Assembly (NCBI GenBank): GCA_038127595.1
Contig: JAYPIC010000037.1
Location: forward strand, 3,059-16,242
DNA: 13,184 nucleotides
Direction: 5' to 3'
Source: a bacterium
Lineage (GTDB): Bacteria > Fidelibacterota > Marinisomatia > Marinisomatales > UBA1611
Below are positions 7,577-13,184 of the stretch, piece by piece. A program made the translations under genes and the position numbers. Each line of letters begins with the position of its first letter. Within the stretch, counting starts at the first letter, position 1. A model generated the notes under the pieces. The model ran no database searches. It was given only the letters and a program-made list of their open reading frames with translations, and was not told where the DNA came from.

Positions 7577-10517
7577 ATAATATTTTGAAGTATGTCCTGT
7601 ATTCATCACCATATGAATATGATTCTCCTTTAATTGTTCTATTGAATTTAGTTAATCCTTTGTGAATCTCTAACTCAATTGCAGTTGGATAATTATAAAA
7701 GGAAAAACCATTGACTCTCCACTGAAGACCAATAGATTTTTTCCACATTTGGTCTTCTTTTTCACGCCAGGCATCTCCAAATTGAAAGATTGCTCCCAAA
7801 ACGCTATTTTGCATTATAAACCATCCTATTTTTACGTGCTTCTCCCTCATTAGAGGATAACGAACAGAAAAATCAATCAATGCTGTTCTAGTACCTTCAA
7901 TTCCATAAAATGGGTACCCTTTCAGCCCACTCATACCCCCATTAAAAAAATGAAAAAATGAATCAACCTTTGTATTTGTTATATACCCACCATTTAAGTG
8001 TAAGCTCGTTGTCAACCTTTCAACCCAAGGAAGCTCATAGTGGTAGGTAAAATCGCCTTGAAATCTTGCTAAATTATTATCTTTAAAATTTTCTACTAAA
8101 GTACCAGCATCTGAAAGGTCGAGACCATCAATAAATTTATTTTTCTCTAGATCAATTTTTGCAGATACTTTAAATCCATTAGATGGATTAATATTGCCAT
8201 CTAAACGCGGTTTAATAACGTTTAGTTTCCAGTCTAGATTTATTGATACTCCATTATAATAATCATAAGCTACACCAGCTTCAAGACCTTCTGTGGGAAG
8301 TGACTCACTAACAAACGCCCTATATCTTTGAAATGAACTATATAGCTCTATACTACTACCATAAAAAGGAAATCTTATTCCTGGACGAAACAGCAACATT
8401 CTAAATTTTATGTCACTATCAATCTGATAAATGTCTTGATATTGAGTTTTATCTGAAGTGTTTCTAGTTAGATAAAAAGTCTCAAAGAACAGTGTTGGGT
8501 AAAAACGATTAAATTCAAAAATAAAGAAAAGATCAGTATCCATAAGGCTGTTTAGCGACATACCACCAAATAAACTTAGCCGCTCTATGATTTCACTAGA
8601 ATAAAAATAAAATCCAGGCTTTACTGTACCATATTCTGCCATAACCTTGGGCATAATGAACATATTTGGAAATTGATCAACATATTTATGAGCCTTTGTT
8701 GTATCAGGCATTAGGATAGGATCGGATAGGTTTTCATTCTTTTGATAGTGAGTTTTTGAATATCCTACTAGCGTCTCATCGATCAATTGTAATGAATCTA
8801 TAATCGCTATTTTATAGCCTCCATTATCATATAATGAGTAAAGTACTTTGCCACTCTTATTTATATTTGGCATAAAAGCACCGCCAAATACATTTGTTGC
8901 ATACCCCTGATTTTCATTTTTATCGTCTACAAGATACAGATTGAAAATGCCACTTCTATCATCAGAGTAAATAAGAGAGCCATTTTCAGCAAACGCAATA
9001 TTACGTTCATCCCATAGATTATTATTTAAAACCATACTAATTGTGGAATCTTGAAGGGAAATTTTTGCTATATCGCGGTAATGGTTGGTAGATATATCAA
9101 AATAGAGACAATTATCAAACTCATTGAATTTTAAACTACTGAGCATCGGTCTTTCATCTAAATCTGTTATCTTATCAATTCTATCGCGTTTTAGATCATA
9201 CATATATACATCTTGAGCTCCATCATAAGTGGCAAGAAATGCTATACTACTATCAGTTTTAATGTAAGCAGGTGAAAATGACCTGGCTCCATAAGTAAGC
9301 CTATTTTCTTTTTTTAAATTTAAATCGTATTCATATAGGTCATAGTACCTAGAACCATTCTTATCAGGAAACTTTGGCTTTTTACTATAATAAATTATGT
9401 TACCATCTGGATGCCAAGTTGGCGCAGAATAAACGGCGCCTGAGACCTTCTTTTCTAAGCTGCTATCAAGATCATAGACATACAGGTCTGTCTGCCCAAA
9501 ATAATCATTATTTTTATTACTCAAATAGGCAAATACATTACTATCAGGTGCCCAAATTGGAAACATATTTGTAGTACCACTATCTATAATTATATTAGGC
9601 TTTACATGATTTATATCAATTGGATTAGTAAGCTTTTCATACCTCAACTTAAGTGTGGTGATAAACTCGTCATACACCTGCTCCCCATCAATATCTATAA
9701 CATTATAAAACGCATCATTAATTGAAAACTGAAACGGGTTTGATAACTCTACCATAAGATCCTTTATAATACCAGATCCATATTTGTATGCAATATATCT
9801 AGATAGTGCAAAGCCGGAATTATAGGTTGATTCGTTCCCGATACCTTTTTTACCAAATGTGTTCATTTCATTAAACGAAAGAAGATTATCATTAATTGCT
9901 CTATCTCTTAATATCATATCTCTGTGAGTATCCCAATGATCCCAGTCTGCATTATCGTACATGTACTGAGCTATACCTTCAGCAAGCCAGGGAGGGACAA
10001 CTGTTCCAGGTATTGGATAACTCACTAAAGAATTTGGAAATCCATACAATACATCTTTCCTTTTTTCTTCTTCATACCCCATATACTGAATATATGCTCC
10101 TGGAATCCTATTCCCCATCTTCATTGATTTTTGGAGAGAGACAATATGAGCATATTCATGTGTAATTACATTTTGTAACCACCTGTGACTACCTCTCAAC
10201 TCAAAATTAAGAGGGGTTGCCCATATAACAATTTTATTATCGTAATAATACGCTGCTCCGTTAGAATAATCATCAGCATCTTTCAATATTATATCCGTTT
10301 TATCTTCGGGTACAAAGTCATAAAACTGAGTTATTTTAGGAAAAATTGTCTCAGCTACCGTTGCAGCTTCTCTTGCAGATCTTTCCGTTCCATTATGATA
10401 ATGAATGTTGAAATGTTCAGTTTCAAAAGTAAACCATTCTAACTCTGGATGATTATACTTTGCTTGCCCGGATAACGAGGCATATACAGAAATTATTACA
10501 ATGAGCAAACGAATCAT
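7566..10517 (-). CDS. Zn-peptidase (MA clan/gluzincin-like) + TolB/PD40 beta-propeller + Omp85-like beta-barrel fusion
   Basis: Signal peptide; HEYAH (10146-10160) with downstream PPWLAEGIAQY; PD40-like repeats (PIWAPDS, PTWHPDG, DDRSGIFNLY); amphipathic C-terminal strands with GGMSGLKGY and FQFGDAW; terminal Phe (YFKILFDF). Confidence 0.82.
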   Translation of the reverse strand: MIRLLIVIISVYASLSGQAKYNHPELEWFTFETEHFNIHYHNGTERSAREAATVAETIFPKITQFYDFVPEDKTDIILKDADDYSNGAAYYYDNKIVIWATPLNFELRGSHRWLQNVITHEYAHIVSLQKSMKMGNRIPGAYIQYMGYEEEKRKDVLYGFPNSLVSYPIPGTVVPPWLAEGIAQYMYDNADWDHWDTHRDMILRDRAINDNLLSFNEMNTFGKKGIGNESTYNSGFALSRYIAYKYGSGIIKDLMVELSNPFQFSINDAFYNVIDIDGEQVYDEFITTLKLRYEKLTNPIDINHVKPNIIIDSGTTNMFPIWAPDSNVFAYLSNKNNDYFGQTDLYVYDLDSSLEKKVSGAVYSAPTWHPDGNIIYYSKKPKFPDKNGSRYYDLYEYDLNLKKENRLTYGARSFSPAYIKTDSSIAFLATYDGAQDVYMYDLKRDRIDKITDLDERPMLSSLKFNEFDNCLYFDISTNHYRDIAKISLQDSTISMVLNNNLWDERNIAFAENGSLIYSDDRSGIFNLYLVDDKNENQGYATNVFGGAFMPNINKSGKVLYSLYDNGGYKIAIIDSLQLIDETLVGYSKTHYQKNENLSDPILMPDTTKAHKYVDQFPNMFIMPKVMAEYGTVKPGFYFYSSEIIERLSLFGGMSLNSLMDTDLFFIFEFNRFYPTLFFETFYLTRNTSDKTQYQDIYQIDSDIKFRMLLFRPGIRFPFYGSSIELYSSFQRYRAFVSESLPTEGLEAGVAYDYYNGVSINLDWKLNVIKPRLDGNINPSNGFKVSAKIDLEKNKFIDGLDLSDAGTLVENFKDNNLARFQGDFTYHYELPWVERLTTSLHLNGGYITNTKVDSFFHFFNGGMSGLKGYPFYGIEGTRTALIDFSVRYPLMREKHVKIGWFIMQNSVLGAIFQFGDAWREKEDQMWKKSIGLQWRVNGFSFYNYPTAIELEIHKGLTKFNRTIKGESYSYGDEYRTYFKILFDF

Positions 10518-13184
10518 TTAATAACAGCAATTTTAATAAGCTTTTTGTTTGCATTGTCTAATGCAGGATTAGAAGATTTTGCCTCTATTTTACCAAAATA
10601 AATGCCAGCCTCTAGGCCTTCAATCATAAAATCCCACTCTGATATTTGAAATCCATTTGATGTAACACTCTTTTCAAACTTTTTTATGAAAGAACCTATT
10701 GAATCATAAATGTTCACCGTAATATGATTTGCATCAAAGGTCTCTACTCTAATCTTTGTCGATAGTAATTGCCTTACTGGATTTGGATAGCAATAAGATC
10801 TAATGATAAGATCATTACTATTTAGTGTTGATGTATAAGGGATATCAACCTTTCTTGAATTGGTAAGCGATCCGTTTGCAGTAGTCCAACTATTACCATT
10901 ATTACTATCTTGTTTATCAAATTCAATAACACTGTGTTTTGTGAAAATATAATTTTTCTGATTCATGTTATGTATAAATACCAGATCATCATTTTTGGAC
11001 ATTGAATAGGAAAACAATAAATGACCTTTATTATCGTAAATATATAGTTTACTTGAGTCTTGCGACTTCACGATGATCTCAGGGCTCTCAGAGCCAATGA
11101 TATCTTTAGAAAGAGCTATACCTGAAACCTTATTATCCAGAGGAAAGCCAGATAAAATATGCAAATCACTATCATAGGCTGTAATTACACCATTTTCATC
11201 AATTAAAATTGGGTTTACTATAGCATCCATTGTTAAATCAATACCAATTAAGGATGATGGAGCTTCAGTATATAGAACAGTACTATCGCTTGCTATTAGG
11301 TCTCTTGAAATTAGCTTGTTATTATTTTTATCAATTTCATAAATATTTCTATCTGAAAAAACTTTGTCTTTATGAGAGTTTGTCTCAAATAGATCTAAAA
11401 ATGAAACTTGCGAGAAATTCTCGTTATAGATAGGAAATATGATAGAATCAATAATTGCTGAGGAATAAAACTCAATTATACTAAAATCAGCACTGAATTT
11501 ATATTCTGTAAGGTTTACACTTTCAGCTGCATTCTCATAAATCTGAAGAAGTAAACCATTTGAATTTTCTAGTATTCCTAATTCAATATGCTCCTTGCCA
11601 TCAAGGTAAGAATTTAAATGATGAAATTTAGTCTTTTTATATTCATGGATGTCACTCATAAACCATAAAGAGTCTCTTCCTCCAAAGATAATAGCATTAT
11701 CAAAGTCTTGTGGTGAATAAGCTAGCCTATAATTTGCAGTTGAATCATTAAAACCATATGGCATCATATCATTCAAAATTGATACCGACATTGTATCTGA
11801 TGCGGAACTTATATGTTCAAATGAAAGATTGCTACTTGAGCCATCATTGGAATTAGTATTAGGATATGTAGCAGGAGTAAATGAGGGCAATTCTCCTTCA
11901 TTTTGAGAGTTAGCTCTATAGTATTCTCTGTTTTCTGCAAACCACATATCACCAAAATACCCAGAAGAGGGGTCATCAAACATAAAAAATGAATCAAATC
12001 CAATATCCTGAGCACCGTCAGACTCTTCAAGATCCACACCCATATGATTAATATTTTCATTGATCTTATATGACGACATACCTTGATCTATTTTTCGATT
12101 ATCAATATGCCATATAAGAAGCCCTGAGCCAGGTAATCCTAAATCGTAATTTTGAAACTTTGTAATAACACCATTGTCATCAGTAGACATTGGTATTGAG
12201 TCTATAATAGTTTTAATGAAAGATGGATATTCATCTGTTTCTTTATATATCTTATATCTTAATGAATCTATACTGACACCAGTTTTGTAATGATTATTCC
12301 GGTTTTCAACCAGAAAATATTCAAACTCATTAATATCCACTTTTAAAATATTATTTTTACTTCTTTTCGGCAATGTAACCTGCGAATTTGATGATATTTG
12401 AGCTGGATGGTCCCACCCCGCATAGATTCTAGACCAGGGGTCTGGCGGTGAAGGAATCAGTCCCCGACCGTTATTAGATCCTTGATCCATTAAGCCAAAA
12501 ACACCTATTCTACTTTTCCCATTATCAATATCCCACATTGGCGGAAGTCCAACTGCAAAACCGATCATTAAGGACAGAGTTCCATTTAAACCAAATTGGT
12601 AATCGCATGGATCTGGTTCTCCAGCAAACATAGTATTAGATATATCAAAATTTAAATGATTTTGAGATTCTGGAAGTATCACTCCTTTTGCAATAGTAGC
12701 ATCACCAATTGTAATACTATTAGAGCCAATAGATTCATATATCATATCAGTATCTATGTATGTTGAAGGTATGTCTTCAGGAGTTGGGTCAAGAAAAGGC
12801 AATGAAAAATCCTGACCTATCCCAGCGTGAAAAACAATGATCAAATCGTAATCAGAAAAATTAACTTCATCTCGGTCATAAGCAGCCTCTAAAGAATGAA
12901 TATAAAGCTCTGTAAGCCTCTTATCAGCGATACTATCTTGTCCATATGGATAATAGTGAGACATTTCATATGGTAACTCATAGGGGGAATTATCAATGGG
13001 CATAATGATACTGGAGATTGTGTCAATACCAAATTCATCATAAGAAACAGATCTGAAATAGCTATCAGTAGCTTTTAATTGAGAATAAAAATATGCACCA
13101 TCATGGGGAGGCGGATCGATGTGGTATGGTTCACAATCAATACCCTTAATGGTGTTAAGAAATTTTCCATTTCCTGTCGTGCTC
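10514..13184 (-). CDS. Partial CDS: M6/immune-inhibitor-A-like protein lacking HExxH, with FG-GAP-like repeats and T9SS type A C-terminal sorting domain
   Basis: Frame stays open upstream of the track's Met (13003) to the window edge: STTGNGKFLNTIKGIDCEPYHIDPPPHDGAYFYSQLKATDSYFRSVS. M6-type motifs: IIVFHAGIG, FGLMDQGS, PWSRIYAGW, EYFLVENR, GLLIWHID, VDLEESDG. CTD motifs: YPNP, IYDSIG, AGIYF, KIAVIK. Confidence 0.82.
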   Translation of the reverse strand, partial: STTGNGKFLNTIKGIDCEPYHIDPPPHDGAYFYSQLKATDSYFRSVSYDEFGIDTISSIIMPIDNSPYELPYEMSHYYPYGQDSIADKRLTELYIHSLEAAYDRDEVNFSDYDLIIVFHAGIGQDFSLPFLDPTPEDIPSTYIDTDMIYESIGSNSITIGDATIAKGVILPESQNHLNFDISNTMFAGEPDPCDYQFGLNGTLSLMIGFAVGLPPMWDIDNGKSRIGVFGLMDQGSNNGRGLIPSPPDPWSRIYAGWDHPAQISSNSQVTLPKRSKNNILKVDINEFEYFLVENRNNHYKTGVSIDSLRYKIYKETDEYPSFIKTIIDSIPMSTDDNGVITKFQNYDLGLPGSGLLIWHIDNRKIDQGMSSYKINENINHMGVDLEESDGAQDIGFDSFFMFDDPSSGYFGDMWFAENREYYRANSQNEGELPSFTPATYPNTNSNDGSSSNLSFEHISSASDTMSVSILNDMMPYGFNDSTANYRLAYSPQDFDNAIIFGGRDSLWFMSDIHEYKKTKFHHLNSYLDGKEHIELGILENSNGLLLQIYENAAESVNLTEYKFSADFSIIEFYSSAIIDSIIFPIYNENFSQVSFLDLFETNSHKDKVFSDRNIYEIDKNNNKLISRDLIASDSTVLYTEAPSSLIGIDLTMDAIVNPILIDENGVITAYDSDLHILSGFPLDNKVSGIALSKDIIGSESPEIIVKSQDSSKLYIYDNKGHLLFSYSMSKNDDLVFIHNMNQKNYIFTKHSVIEFDKQDSNNGNSWTTANGSLTNSRKVDIPYTSTLNSNDLIIRSYCYPNPVRQLLSTKIRVETFDANHITVNIYDSIGSFIKKFEKSVTSNGFQISEWDFMIEGLEAGIYFGKIEAKSSNPALDNANKKLIKIAVIK

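Noticed and set aside
7566..10517. Calling the 983-aa protein bamA or tolB
   Set aside because: No POTRA domains, and the peptidase-propeller-barrel architecture matches neither gene.
6208..12060. Short ORFs 6208-6402, 9374-9574, 9896-10165, 10185-10442, 11230-11433 and 11809-12060
   Set aside because: All nested in well-supported long genes (antisense or alternative frame), with no protein-like motifs.
13001..13003. ORF-track start for the 829-aa protein
   Set aside because: The frame is open to the window edge with M6-like sequence and no signal peptide follows this Met; the true start lies outside the window.
1..13184. tRNA, rRNA, CRISPR array, transposase, integrase or defence genes
   Set aside because: No such motifs seen; intergenic gaps are short (at most 138 bp) and AT-rich with no stable structure.

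Overview
AT-rich, gene-dense bacterial chromosomal segment; genes abut or overlap, and no RNA genes, CRISPR arrays or mobile elements are visible. Gene content (T9SS-type C-terminal sorting domain, DUF5683-like protein, grpE-dnaJ without dnaK) points to the FCB superphylum, possibly a streamlined marine lineage such as Marinimicrobia/SAR406 (inference). Reading the minus strand from the right end, a tightly packed operon encodes: (1) an M6/InhA-like protein whose zinc-binding motif is lost and which ends in a T9SS-like CTD (truncated by the window edge); (2) a gluzincin + PD40 propeller + Omp85-like barrel fusion; (3) a DUF5683-like protein with a C-terminal beta-signal; (4) bamD; (5) nadD. 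A lone plus-strand YrbG-type Ca2+/Na+ antiporter follows. A second minus-strand run is ftsE-ftsX-grpE-dnaJ (DnaJ has only two of four Cys repeats), then a pilin-like gene with a degenerate cleavage site and the start of a possible PilM-like gene. The best candidate for an uncharacterised system is the pseudoprotease / peptidase-Omp85 / DUF5683 / BamD outer-membrane module.
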